Origin: Candidatus Omnitrophota bacterium
GTDB taxonomy: Bacteria; Omnitrophota; Omnitrophia; Omnitrophales; Aquincolibacteriaceae
Assembly: GCA_043803685.1 (NCBI GenBank)
Contig: JAZDJU010000005.1
Coordinates: 1 to 64,000 of the forward strand
Length of the DNA: 64,000 nt
Reading direction: 5' to 3'
The notes beneath the pieces were generated by a model. The model searched no databases. It saw nothing but the letters and a program-made list of their open reading frames with translations, and was not told the DNA's origin. Each line of letters starts with the position of its first letter. The stretch's first letter is position 1. Position numbers and translations under genes: made by a program. Shown one piece after another: positions 1 through 9,038 of the stretch.

Positions 1-1
1 C

Positions 2-1150
2 CAGGAACAACATCCGGGCCGCGTTTTTTACAGAAGAAGGAAAGAGCCTGTGGAGCGAAAACAAGGCAATATTGCCGAGTTCCTGCACACGCATCCTGAA
101 TACCTTCTTCTATATATATGCGATGCGGACGGTATGGTTCCAAAGGGGACACTCTTAAAGCTTCTGAAGAAAGCCCTTCATCCTGAAAACCGGGATATCG
201 CCATTTTTCAGGCCTTTGTCAAAATCGCGCATGCCGCGACCTGGTACGCGCGTCTTGAGAAAATTGGAGCGGAGCTCTCCCAGCGATTCAGTTTTACGGC
301 GTTTCAAGCCGTCTTCGGAAGAACGATATCCTTCGGGCATCATCACCTTGCCCGCGCTGTGCTTCTCAAAAAAATCCGGCTTCCCAAGGGACTGCTCTCT
401 CATGATAACTGGGATACGGTACTTCTGGATCAGATGGGATATCGAGTCGCGTTTTGCCCGGACGTGCATGCTTTTGATGAGGCACCCACGAATTACCTGG
501 AAGCAAGGGCCCGTTCCCGGCGCTGGTCGCAGGGGACACTGCAAGGTACTCCGCTTGTACTGAAGCCAGGGATAAGTCTTGCGTCCCGGTTTCTCGCCTT
601 CTACGGCATTTATGTTTATTGGGCAGACCTCGTGTTCTTCCTGTGGGTGATTCTGGGAGTCCTTGCGCATTCGGAGCCGGTCGGAGAACTCATCCATTTT
701 GAGATCGATTCGATCTGGTTCGGCTTTTGCACCAATAGCGTTCTCATGGGGGTGCTTTTCTTCAGTTTTATCGTGGTCGTGTTTCACAAAGTGACGATCT
801 TGAAGACCTGGCGCGATTTGAGATCGTTCTTCTACGAAGCCGTTTTTTCCATGCTGATCACGCTGAATAATTTCGTCTACGCTCCTCTCGATATGATCAC
901 GATTCCGATCAGGAAGCTTCAATGGAGCCCTATGAAAAAAGACCCGTTCACGAAGATTAACATCGGAAGCGTTGTTCGGAATCTCTGGCTTGGTACGGCG
1001 CTCGGTTTCTACGGATTCTATTTTTGCAGTTTCAAGACCCCGTATTTCGTGTGGCAGACAGCTCCGTTTCTCGCAAGTCTCAGTCTTTCAATCCTTACGG
1101 TTTATCTGACCTCGAAAACCATCCCTGAGAGGTGGCGGCAATGGATCTAA
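2..1150 (+). CDS. MdoH/OpgH-like processive GT2 glucosyltransferase, 5'-truncated by the window edge
   Basis: Frame open from base 2 (QEQHPGRVFYRRRKEPVERKQGNI, matching the MdoH YRRR..RKxGNI motif); DAD, LSHD and RSRRWSQG motifs; C-terminal TM helices. Confidence 0.8.
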   Translation, partial: QEQHPGRVFYRRRKEPVERKQGNIAEFLHTHPEYLLLYICDADGMVPKGTLLKLLKKALHPENRDIAIFQAFVKIAHAATWYARLEKIGAELSQRFSFTAFQAVFGRTISFGHHHLARAVLLKKIRLPKGLLSHDNWDTVLLDQMGYRVAFCPDVHAFDEAPTNYLEARARSRRWSQGTLQGTPLVLKPGISLASRFLAFYGIYVYWADLVFFLWVILGVLAHSEPVGELIHFEIDSIWFGFCTNSVLMGVLFFSFIVVVFHKVTILKTWRDLRSFFYEAVFSMLITLNNFVYAPLDMITIPIRKLQWSPMKKDPFTKINIGSVVRNLWLGTALGFYGFYFCSFKTPYFVWQTAPFLASLSLSILTVYLTSKTIPERWRQWI

Positions 1151-1170
1151 TCCAAAGAAAGGCAAAAAAT

Positions 1171-2142
1171 ATGAACGATGTGAAGACCTCGGAAAAAATG
1201 CGAGAAAATGCACCGACCGAAGAACCGATGCTCTTTGAGGAAAAGGCGGAAAAGAAAAACGCGGGATGGCGGCGACTGGTTTGGATGGCCGGATTATGCG
1301 CGGGTGTTTTCTTTTTCTGGCCGAGAGGGGGCATTCAAGGGGATGCGGTGTTGCAAGCCTCGAAGTTCGTGAAACTCGAGGTTACGAGCCCGGGGATTTT
1401 AAAAGAGCTGCATTATGAAAAAGGCGCTTCGGTTAAAAAAGGAGCGGTCATCGCTCGTTTCGAAAATCCGCAGATCGTAAGAAACCTGGAAGAGAAAGAG
1501 CAGTCTCTTGAGATCGCGAGTCACGATAAAGTCCGTTTACAGAACCGCACGGAATTCCTGCAAAAAGAAAAGGAGCGAATGGGCATTCTGTATGAGAACG
1601 GCGCTGTAGGCCGTGATACTTGCGAAAAAGCGGATTTTGAACTTCTGGATGTCCGGGAAGAGCTCGCTGGGAAGGAGCAGGAAATAAAGTCTCTCGAAGG
1701 AGAGATTCGCTTTCTGAAGGAAAGGATCGAAGCGCTGGTGCTAAAGGCTCCTTTTGACGGGGTTCTTCTGAACGATCCCAAAGATCGTCTCGGTGGATTC
1801 TTCAGGGAAGGGGATCTCGTGCTCGAGATGGCGGACCCGCAGAGCTATTTCCTTGAGTTGTTAGCGCTGGAAAAAGATGTGAAAAAAATCAAGGCTGGGA
1901 ATAAGGTCCGGGCTCGTTTTTATGCCTACCCCAAGCGGTGGATTACGGGGGAGGTGGTTCGTGTTGCGCCGAGGACGATCGAGCAGGTGGAAAAAGTTTT
2001 TAAAGTCAGGCGCGTGATCTCTTGCGAAATCGAACTCTCGGACCTTCCCCCAGATGTCCGGTACGGGATGCTGGCGTCGGTCAGGATCGATACGAACTCT
2101 CCCGAAAAAATCATTCAATCAAGAAAGGATATAACCACATGA
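1171..2142 (+). CDS. HlyD/membrane fusion (periplasmic adaptor) protein
   Basis: N-terminal TM, lipoyl half-motifs (GASVKKGAVIA; LKAPFDGV) flanking a coiled coil, C-terminal beta-barrel ending in GMLASVRI. Confidence 0.8.
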   Translation: MNDVKTSEKMRENAPTEEPMLFEEKAEKKNAGWRRLVWMAGLCAGVFFFWPRGGIQGDAVLQASKFVKLEVTSPGILKELHYEKGASVKKGAVIARFENPQIVRNLEEKEQSLEIASHDKVRLQNRTEFLQKEKERMGILYENGAVGRDTCEKADFELLDVREELAGKEQEIKSLEGEIRFLKERIEALVLKAPFDGVLLNDPKDRLGGFFREGDLVLEMADPQSYFLELLALEKDVKKIKAGNKVRARFYAYPKRWITGEVVRVAPRTIEQVEKVFKVRRVISCEIELSDLPPDVRYGMLASVRIDTNSPEKIIQSRKDITT

Positions 2143-2933
2143 AAGCCATTATTTTAGCCGCCGGGTTTGGAACCCGGCTTTATCCACTGACGTTGGATCT
2201 GCCGAAAGCACTTCTGAGGATCGGAGAGAAAACCATTCTGGACCATTTGATGCTGAAGTTGGAAATGCTTTCGGCGGTGGATGAGGTGATCCTGGTCTCA
2301 AGCGGCCGGTTCTATCGTCAGTTCCTTGATTGGCAAATGACCGCCGTGTATGTGAAACCCGTTCATATTCTTTCAAACAGGGTATGCGAGCACGAAAAAA
2401 GCTGCGGCGCCGTGCGGGACCTTTTTCTCGCTCTGCGGTCGGGTTATTGCGGTAGTTCCGATTACCTCGTCTTTTGCGGAGACAATTATTTCGACTTTCC
2501 GCTTGGGTTCATGCTTCTTCCTGCTCTGGGGCACCGGGAATCGGCGTTTGTGGGAGTTTATGACGTAAAAGACAGATCCCTTGCCAAGGAGTACGGCGTG
2601 GTAGAGATGGATGAACATCACCGGATCACGAAATTCGAAGAAAAACCCGAAAACCCGGGGTCCACTCAGGTGAGTACCGGCGCATATTTCCTCCCCGGAA
2701 GTTACCGGTTACGTGTTTATGAATATCTCGAGATTGAAAAACGCGACCCCAACAAAATCGGAGATTTCATCGCGTGGCTCGCGGGCAAAGAAAAACTCTA
2801 CGGGATTGAGTTTGGCGGCGCGTGGTTCGATATCGGAAACAAGGCGTCGTATGACGCGGCGCGGGCTTATATTGAGAGAAAAAATACGAAGGTTTTATCT
2901 TCCGTAAAGGAGGTTCCTCGTGCCCGAGCTTGA
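2139..2933 (+). CDS. Sugar-phosphate nucleotidyltransferase (NTP_transferase family)
   Basis: MKAIILAAGFGTRLYPLT..PKALL, GDN, FEEKP, WFDIG; ATGA overlap with the upstream stop. Confidence 0.9.
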   Translation: MKAIILAAGFGTRLYPLTLDLPKALLRIGEKTILDHLMLKLEMLSAVDEVILVSSGRFYRQFLDWQMTAVYVKPVHILSNRVCEHEKSCGAVRDLFLALRSGYCGSSDYLVFCGDNYFDFPLGFMLLPALGHRESAFVGVYDVKDRSLAKEYGVVEMDEHHRITKFEEKPENPGSTQVSTGAYFLPGSYRLRVYEYLEIEKRDPNKIGDFIAWLAGKEKLYGIEFGGAWFDIGNKASYDAARAYIERKNTKVLSSVKEVPRARA

Positions 2934-4074
2934 AAAACAGGGTTTGCTGGTTCCAAGGAACGAAGAGTATAAACAACTCCTCGGAAGAGTTTCGAGACTG
3001 ATCGAAGAGAGCCGGAAAACAGCTGTTCGCCAGATTAATGCCACCCTGGTGGCGAATTACTGGTTAACGGGGCAGGAGATTGTGGAACATGAGCTTAAAG
3101 GAAGAATCCGGGCGGAATATGGGCAAGCCATGTTGATGACACTGTCGATCGATTTGACGAACCGCTACGGAAAAGGGTATGGCTATTCAAATTTGAATCT
3201 CATGAGGCAGTTTTATCTGGCGTACCCGTCGCGTAAAATTCTCCAGACAGCGTCTGGAGAATCAGGCAGAACTCTCCCAAGGACGGATTTCCTAACAGCT
3301 CAGAGCGCAATCTCCAAAGTGCTGCCCTTGTCGTGGTCGCAGTACTGCATTCTCATCCGAATCAGTGATCTCCCGAAAAGAGACTTCTATGAAAGTCTAT
3401 GTTGCCGGGAAGGCTGGGTTGTGAGACAGCTTGACCGCGAAATTCGGGCTATGCTTTATGAAAGGACCGCACTTTCCAGAAGGAAAGACCTCGTTCTGAA
3501 AAAGGCTAGGGAAAATCCGATAGTCAGCCGGCCTGAAGACGAGATCAAGGATACTTATGTTCTCGAATTTCTCAATTTGAAAGATGAGTATTCCGAAACG
3601 GATCTTGAGGACGCCATGATCCAGCACATGGAGCGGTTTCTCTTAGAGATTGGATATGGCTTCACTTTTGTCGCTCGTCAAAAGAGATTTAATCTCGACG
3701 GGGATGATTATCGGATAGATCTTATTCTATATAGTATCCCGTTAGCGCGATACGTGATCTTGGAAATTAAAAATTCGAGATTCTCACACGCACACGCCGG
3801 TCAGATTAACTTTTATCTCAATTGGGCAAAGGACCACCTTCTTCCGAAAGCGGAAAATGACCCTTTGGGAATTATCCTTTGCTCGGATAAGCATGGTGCG
3901 TGCGTTAAATATGCCATGGGTGGTATGAGTAATAAAATATTCGTATCAAAATACCTCCTAAAGCTTCCTAAAACGGATGAGCTGCAGAAAGAGTTGGAGC
4001 GTGGCCGAGATTTGTTTCTTCAGCGACAAGCTTCACAGAATACGTCTGTGAAAAAGGAAACAGATGTCGCTTAG
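2920..4074 (+). CDS. DUF1016/YhcG family PD-(D/E)XK nuclease-like protein
   Basis: LVANYWLTG, LSWSQY, IKDTYVLEFL, FLLEIGYGFTFVARQKR, RIDL..VILEIK, GQINFY, PLGIILC. Confidence 0.9.
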   Translation: MPELEKQGLLVPRNEEYKQLLGRVSRLIEESRKTAVRQINATLVANYWLTGQEIVEHELKGRIRAEYGQAMLMTLSIDLTNRYGKGYGYSNLNLMRQFYLAYPSRKILQTASGESGRTLPRTDFLTAQSAISKVLPLSWSQYCILIRISDLPKRDFYESLCCREGWVVRQLDREIRAMLYERTALSRRKDLVLKKARENPIVSRPEDEIKDTYVLEFLNLKDEYSETDLEDAMIQHMERFLLEIGYGFTFVARQKRFNLDGDDYRIDLILYSIPLARYVILEIKNSRFSHAHAGQINFYLNWAKDHLLPKAENDPLGIILCSDKHGACVKYAMGGMSNKIFVSKYLLKLPKTDELQKELERGRDLFLQRQASQNTSVKKETDVA

Positions 4075-4282
4075 GAAAAGTGCAAATACAAAATCAGTAG
4101 AACATGAGCTGCTAACGGCGGATCAAATAGCCGGGATTTTGAATGTTCCGAAGTCTTGGATTTATGAACGGACGAGGCAGGGGCGGAAGGCGATTCCTTT
4201 TATCCGCCTTGGCGCTTACGTTCGTTTTGATCAGCAGGAGGTAATAAACTTTTTCAAAAACAAACAAGATGGAGTATCATAA
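4064..4282 (+). CDS. Small excisionase-like (HTH_17/AlpA-type) DNA-binding protein
   Basis: ELLTADQIAGILNVPKSWIY..IPFIRLGAYVRF; AAGGA RBS; next to the integrase. Confidence 0.8.
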   Translation: MSLRKSANTKSVEHELLTADQIAGILNVPKSWIYERTRQGRKAIPFIRLGAYVRFDQQEVINFFKNKQDGVS

Positions 4283-4288
4283 TGGGCT

Positions 4289-4489
4289 ATGGGGAACGAC
4301 TTAACGACAATCGAAGCAGCCGAGCTGTACGGGCTGTCCGCCGTTTATATCCGCAAACTAGCTGCGCAGGGCCGCCTGAAAAGTCGCCTTGCCAAGCTCC
4401 GCAAAGGAGTCACCCTCTGGCTCATAGATGCCCCAGCCCTTCATGCCTTCATGAAGAACCGAGCTGCTCCCGGGCGTCCCAAGAAATAA
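4289..4489 (+). CDS. Small HTH_17-like DNA-binding protein with C-terminal GRPKK (AT-hook-like) tail
   Basis: LTTIEAAELYGLSAVYIRKL..GRL..WLID; ends in PGRPKK. Confidence 0.7.
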   Translation: MGNDLTTIEAAELYGLSAVYIRKLAAQGRLKSRLAKLRKGVTLWLIDAPALHAFMKNRAAPGRPKK

Positions 4490-4492
4490 GCT

Positions 4493-4522
4493 TGGACAAT
4501 AGTATCGCTATACGATACTATT
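4493..4522 (+). promoter_or_regulatory. Putative sigma70 promoter of the integrase overlapped by a perfect 10-bp inverted repeat (operator)
   Basis: TGGACA(4493)-17 bp-TACTAT(4516); AATAGTATCG-CTATA-CGATACTATT at 4498-4522; GAGGAGGT RBS before ATG 4550. Confidence 0.6.
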
Positions 4523-4549
4523 ATACATCTTTGATGAGGAGGTGGAATC

Positions 4550-5635
4550 ATGGGTGTATTTCCAAAGCACGGTAATTTCTGGATCGATTATTACGCGGAA
4601 GGGGTTCGCCACAGGGAAAAGGTTGGCCCCTGCAAATCCCTTGCGGTTAAAGCTCTCAAAAAGCGCGAGATAGAAATCGCTGAGGGGAAATTCCTTGATA
4701 TGAAGCGCGAGAAAAAAATCCTCTTCAAGGATTTCGCGGAGATTTACAACGAGACCTACGCCAAGAAAAAACGCTCGTGGGAATCAACGGACAAGTTCTA
4801 CATAAAGAAACTCGTCTCTTTTTTCGGGGGCAAGCATCTTCAAGAAATAACGCCATTCCTTGTGCGTCAATATCAGGCCAAAAGGCGTGACGAAAAAACG
4901 TTCAGAAAAACTAAAGTGTCCGTAGCTTATGTGAACAGGGAATTGGCATGTCTCAAATGCATGTTTCATCTCGCTGTTGAATGGGGCTATGCCAAGGAGA
5001 ACCCTGCTCAGAAGGTCAAGCTTGAAAAAGAGAACAATAGCAGAACCCGATTTCTCGAAAAAGAAGAACTGAAGAAGCTTCTCGGTTGCTGTGGCTCAAA
5101 ATTGAGCGCCATTGTGCTTTTGGCGGTTAATACAGGTATGAGGAAAGCGGAGATCCAGTATTTAAAGTGGCGGGATGTGGATTTTCAAAGGGGATTTATT
5201 ACTTTGCTTAGGACGAAGAATGGGGAAGTAAGGAATGTCCCTCTTAACAGGACTGGAAGGGAAGCGCTTATGTCAGTTCGTAAGCACCCAGAAAGCTCAT
5301 ATATCTTTTGCAATTCTGACGGAATTCCATATAATCCCAGAAAGTCGTTTTCGACGGCTCTAAGGAATGCAGGAGTTACAGACTTTCGTTTTCATGATTT
5401 AAGGCATACTGCGGCTTCTTATTTGGCTATGGCAGGCGTTGATTTGAACACTATCAGGGACATTTTGGGCCACAAATCGCTTGATATGGTTCTTAGATAT
5501 GCGCATTTGTCACCGGCACATCAGGCTAGTGCGGTGAGCCGTTTAGATGTTCAAATGGGCACCATATGGGCACCAAAGGCAATTGAAGCCCCAGGGCCTA
5601 GAATTGCTGAAGCTGTAACTTGTTATTTGAATTAG
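4550..5635 (+). CDS. Tyrosine recombinase / site-specific integrase
   Basis: TGMRKAE, TKNG, FHDLRHT, LGH, RYAH (full R-K-H-R-H-Y set); N-terminal arm-binding-like region. Confidence 0.95.
   Translation: MGVFPKHGNFWIDYYAEGVRHREKVGPCKSLAVKALKKREIEIAEGKFLDMKREKKILFKDFAEIYNETYAKKKRSWESTDKFYIKKLVSFFGGKHLQEITPFLVRQYQAKRRDEKTFRKTKVSVAYVNRELACLKCMFHLAVEWGYAKENPAQKVKLEKENNSRTRFLEKEELKKLLGCCGSKLSAIVLLAVNTGMRKAEIQYLKWRDVDFQRGFITLLRTKNGEVRNVPLNRTGREALMSVRKHPESSYIFCNSDGIPYNPRKSFSTALRNAGVTDFRFHDLRHTAASYLAMAGVDLNTIRDILGHKSLDMVLRYAHLSPAHQASAVSRLDVQMGTIWAPKAIEAPGPRIAEAVTCYLN
5555..5575 (+). repeat. Tandem direct repeat ATGGGCACCA x2 (candidate integrase arm-type sites)
   Basis: Copies at 5555-5564 and 5566-5575 (11-bp period), in the 3' end of int about 75 bp from the tRNA. 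Confidence 0.55.
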
Positions 5636-5650
5636 GATTAAGATGATTTC

Positions 5651-5723
<73 letters not shown>

Positions 5724-5787
5724 TTTCTCCTATCCTTACGCTCCGTGGCGCTTTAAGTTAGGTGTCAGGGGTGCCGAATAATCATCC

Positions 5788-6531
5788 ATGACAATCATGG
5801 ATCATCAGAAATCGTCCTGGGCCATTCTTGGGTTCGCCTGTCTCTTCTTTGGGGCTGTGCTAAATCCTGGCGTTTGCAAGGCCGCCACTTCACCCATACC
5901 GGATCGTTCTCAAGCTTTCGTGGCTATTCGCAGCGTCAGCGTGGTCAGGGCCGGTGATAAAGCTGGCGGCGTGGCAGCCCTTCTTTCGACTCAAGACCCA
6001 AGACGGTTGGCGAAATATTCGCGGAGTGGCAGTGGTGTGATCATAGACGCGAGTGGCATTATTGTTACCAATGCTCACTTGGTCCAAAATGCGGCTGGAA
6101 TTTCCGTAGAGCTTTTTAATGGGACCCGCCTTGAGGGGCGCATCATTCGTATTCTTCCAGAAAGTGATCTTGCCTTTGTTTCCGTCAGACCGTTCTTTCC
6201 GCTTTTGTCTGTGTCTGTCGCTGACTCCAACCGGATGGTTCCGGGGGATATGGTTTATTGCATCGGTCGCGCGTTAAACCACAACGGTGCGCTTATGGGC
6301 GGGAAGATCACCGCGCTCTTGAAATCGTCGCTTTCTCGAACACCTCGGACTGAATTCCTGCAAATTCAGTTTGGATTTCATCTTTATGGCGGGGATAGCG
6401 GCTCGCCGATCCTCGACCGGAAAGGGAATCTGGTAGGGCTTGTGAGCGGCGGTCGCAGAAGTGGGGATATGGCGACGATAGCCATTGCTTCAAATGTGAT
6501 TCATAATGCCTTTTCGGATATCTCGAAATAA
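5788..6531 (+). CDS. Exported trypsin-like (S1) serine protease without PDZ domain
   Basis: Signal peptide; GSGVII, TNAHLV, SDLA, GDSGSP triad motifs. Confidence 0.85.
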   Translation: MTIMDHQKSSWAILGFACLFFGAVLNPGVCKAATSPIPDRSQAFVAIRSVSVVRAGDKAGGVAALLSTQDPRRLAKYSRSGSGVIIDASGIIVTNAHLVQNAAGISVELFNGTRLEGRIIRILPESDLAFVSVRPFFPLLSVSVADSNRMVPGDMVYCIGRALNHNGALMGGKITALLKSSLSRTPRTEFLQIQFGFHLYGGDSGSPILDRKGNLVGLVSGGRRSGDMATIAIASNVIHNAFSDISK

Positions 6532-6549
6532 AAAAATGGAGTTTTCTCG

Positions 6550-7971
6550 TTAGCGCTGTCTTCTCAAATGGGTCGGAAGGATCTTGAGAATGTCTCGATA
6601 TTTGGCGACGGTGCGGCGGGCGAGCGTGATCCCTTCATTTTTCAGACTGCTTACGATCGCTAAGTCACTCAGGGGTTTGCGCGGGTCTTCTTTTTCAATG
6701 AGTCCCCGGATCCTTTCCTGGATGCTTTTTTGGGATTCTCCCTCGCCATTCTCAGTCGCTACTTTCTGCGAGAAAAAACTTTTGTAAGGGATCGTGCCCT
6801 GTGGGGTCTTGAGATATTTCCCGTGGATCGCGCGGCTGATCGTGGATTCGTGAAGGTTCACGCGCTCGGCGATGTCCTTCAAACGCAACGGGCGAAGATG
6901 GGCGAATCCTCGCGTGAAAAAAAGAGGTTGGGCGCGGACGATCTCGTCGGTGATGGCTCGGAGCGTGGAGCCTCGCAGCTGAATGGCTTTTAGAAAATCC
7001 ATGCCGCTTGATAAACGTGTTTTAAGGAATTCCTTGGTCTTATCGTCCAGGTTCTTCTCGCGCATCATGCTGCGGTACTCGGCGTTGATTCGCAGCTCGG
7101 GGATGAACTCGTTGTGGATTTCGATCTCAAGACCGTCGTCGGTGCCGTCCTTGATCGAGACTGTGGCATCGGGAATCACGGCCATGGCGTCCTCGGCATA
7201 AAAACTCCGGCCGGGCTTGGGATCCAAGCGTGCGATGAGAGCCGCTGCTTTTTTGATCTCCGGTTCACTGGAGCAAAAAAGCTTGGCGAGCATTTTCCAG
7301 TCCTTTTTCGCGAGGAGCGCGAGATGCTCCCGCACGATCTCGCGGGCTAGTGCCGCTTCAGCGCCTTTTCGTTCCAACTGGATCAATAAGGCCTCACGCA
7401 AGTCGCGAGCTCCGATCCCGGGAGGGTCCAGGCTTTGAACCTTTTTCAGGACCTCTTCAGCGGCGGGGATCGTGGTTCGCGCGGCGGTGGCGATCTCTTG
7501 CAAGGTGGCTTTGAGATAACCCTCCAAATCGATATTCCCGAGGATCTCCTCGGCGAGCTTTTTTTGGGATGAATCCAAATCGAGAAAATGGACTTGCCAC
7601 TCCAGGTAGTCGAAGAGACTTTCAGGGCGGGTGATGAGTGTTTCCTGAAAGTCTCTGATCCTGCGCGTGTCTTCAGGTTTGCGCCGGGAAAGGTCGAGGG
7701 GGACGTTTGTGGAGGTAAAGAAATCCTTGCGGGCCCCGTCTTCCGAAGACGGCGTTGTCTCGTCGTTCGAATCCGTGGCTGCCGTTGATGCCGTAGCGTC
7801 TTCGGGCTCACATGTAGGAGAAACTTCCTCGAGCATGGGATTCTCTTCGAGTGCGTTCTCGACCGCCTGACGAAGATCCATGACCGGGAGGTGGAGTAGG
7901 TGCAGATAGACACGCATCTGCGGGGAGAGAGACATTTTCTGAGATAGGCTCTGATGAAAGCCAGGTTCCAT
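6550..7971 (-). CDS. rpoN: RNA polymerase sigma-54 factor
   Basis: LEENPMLE, DPPGIGARDLRE, LHESTISRA, RpoN box ARRTVAKYR. Confidence 0.97.
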   Translation of the reverse strand: MEPGFHQSLSQKMSLSPQMRVYLHLLHLPVMDLRQAVENALEENPMLEEVSPTCEPEDATASTAATDSNDETTPSSEDGARKDFFTSTNVPLDLSRRKPEDTRRIRDFQETLITRPESLFDYLEWQVHFLDLDSSQKKLAEEILGNIDLEGYLKATLQEIATAARTTIPAAEEVLKKVQSLDPPGIGARDLREALLIQLERKGAEAALAREIVREHLALLAKKDWKMLAKLFCSSEPEIKKAAALIARLDPKPGRSFYAEDAMAVIPDATVSIKDGTDDGLEIEIHNEFIPELRINAEYRSMMREKNLDDKTKEFLKTRLSSGMDFLKAIQLRGSTLRAITDEIVRAQPLFFTRGFAHLRPLRLKDIAERVNLHESTISRAIHGKYLKTPQGTIPYKSFFSQKVATENGEGESQKSIQERIRGLIEKEDPRKPLSDLAIVSSLKNEGITLARRTVAKYRDILKILPTHLRRQR

Positions 7972-8043
7972 GGAAAAGAACATATCACGGAGGAAAAATG
8001 TTGTAAAGTCAGGAGATTTCGGGACTTAGGTGGAAGAAAGCAA

Positions 8044-8071
8044 TTGACACTCCGTGCTATTTTTTTATAAT
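8044..8071 (+). promoter_or_regulatory. Consensus sigma70 promoter upstream of accD
   Basis: TTGACA(8044-8049)-16 bp-TATAAT(8066-8071). Confidence 0.75.
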
Positions 8072-8182
8072 GCTCTCTAAGTCTTTGGTAACATTCGCCA
8101 CGGGGTGGACTTGGGGAAGATCGCTCTCGTGGCATTTTTGTATCAGCGAAAATCTCGCTTCTTCAATAAGGGAAATATTCCG

Positions 8183-9019
8183 ATGCCGCAAGCGCCCGCA
8201 CTCTTAGTGACAAAAGGTCTTCGCAAGAAAAGTATGCCTGCCGGTCTCTGGACAAAATGTCCCAGCTGTCAGGCGGTCATGTTCAACAAAACTCTCAAGG
8301 AAAATTTCCTGGTATGTGCCAAGTGCTCCTACCATTTCATTATGGGGGCGATGGAACGCGTACACCATCTGGCCGACGAGGGTTCTTTCGTGGAGATCAA
8401 CGCCAATCTTCTGTCGGAAGATCCGCTCAGGTTTTCAGCCGTCAAAGCCTATCCCGAGAAGATCAAGCAAGACCAGAAAAAGACCGGTCTGAAAGAAGCT
8501 TGCATCACGGGGTCGGCGAAGATTCTTGGAAAAGCTTGCGCGTTGGGAGTGACGGATTCCCGCTTCATCATGGGTTCCATGGGATCCGTGGTTGGCGAAA
8601 AGATCACCCGGTTGATCGAATACGCCCTCGAGAATAAGCTTCCGCTCATCATTGTTTCTGGTTCCGGGGGCGGTGCGCGTATGTATGAAGGGGCGCTCAG
8701 TTTGATGCAGATGGCCAAGACCTCGGTCGCGCTTGAGCGGTATCAAGGAGCGGGACTTTCATTTATCTCGGTTCTCACGAATCCCACGATGGGTGGCGTC
8801 ATGGCGAGTTTTGCGTCGCTGGGAGATATCATCGTCGCGGAACCGCGAGCGCTTTTGGGTTTTGCGGGCCCGCGCGTCATTGAACAGACCATCCGACAAA
8901 AGCTTCCGTCCGATTTTCAGACCTCGGAATTTTTGCTTGAACACGGCCTGATCGATATGGTGGTCGAACGCCAGGATTTGAAACCGAAGCTCGGACTTTT
9001 ATTGCAATATCTTTCTTGA
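8183..9019 (+). CDS. accD: Acetyl-CoA carboxylase carboxyltransferase beta subunit
   Basis: GLWTKCPSC..CAKC zinc finger, GSMGSVVGEKI, GGARMYEG, GFAGPRVIEQT. Confidence 0.97.
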   Translation: MPQAPALLVTKGLRKKSMPAGLWTKCPSCQAVMFNKTLKENFLVCAKCSYHFIMGAMERVHHLADEGSFVEINANLLSEDPLRFSAVKAYPEKIKQDQKKTGLKEACITGSAKILGKACALGVTDSRFIMGSMGSVVGEKITRLIEYALENKLPLIIVSGSGGGARMYEGALSLMQMAKTSVALERYQGAGLSFISVLTNPTMGGVMASFASLGDIIVAEPRALLGFAGPRVIEQTIRQKLPSDFQTSEFLLEHGLIDMVVERQDLKPKLGLLLQYLS

Positions 9020-9038
9020 TCGTACGTAAGGGGAATCT

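Larger units (their letters stand above)
2920..5650 (+). mobile_element. Mobility module / right end of a tRNA-Thr-associated integrative element (left end probably outside the window)
   Basis: DUF1016 + two Xis-like genes + integrase abutting a tRNA; visibly more AT-rich than the rest of the window. Confidence 0.65.

Noticed and set aside
2022..2138. N-terminal extensions given by the ORF track (also at 8105, 12915, 16743, 38323, 45201, 49371, 60069)
   Set aside because: Downstream ATGs match family N-termini, RBSs or stop/start coupling better
4282..4575. 97-aa ORF overlapping the second HTH gene
   Set aside because: The alternate frame 4289-4489 has a clear HTH pattern; this one has none and crosses the int promoter
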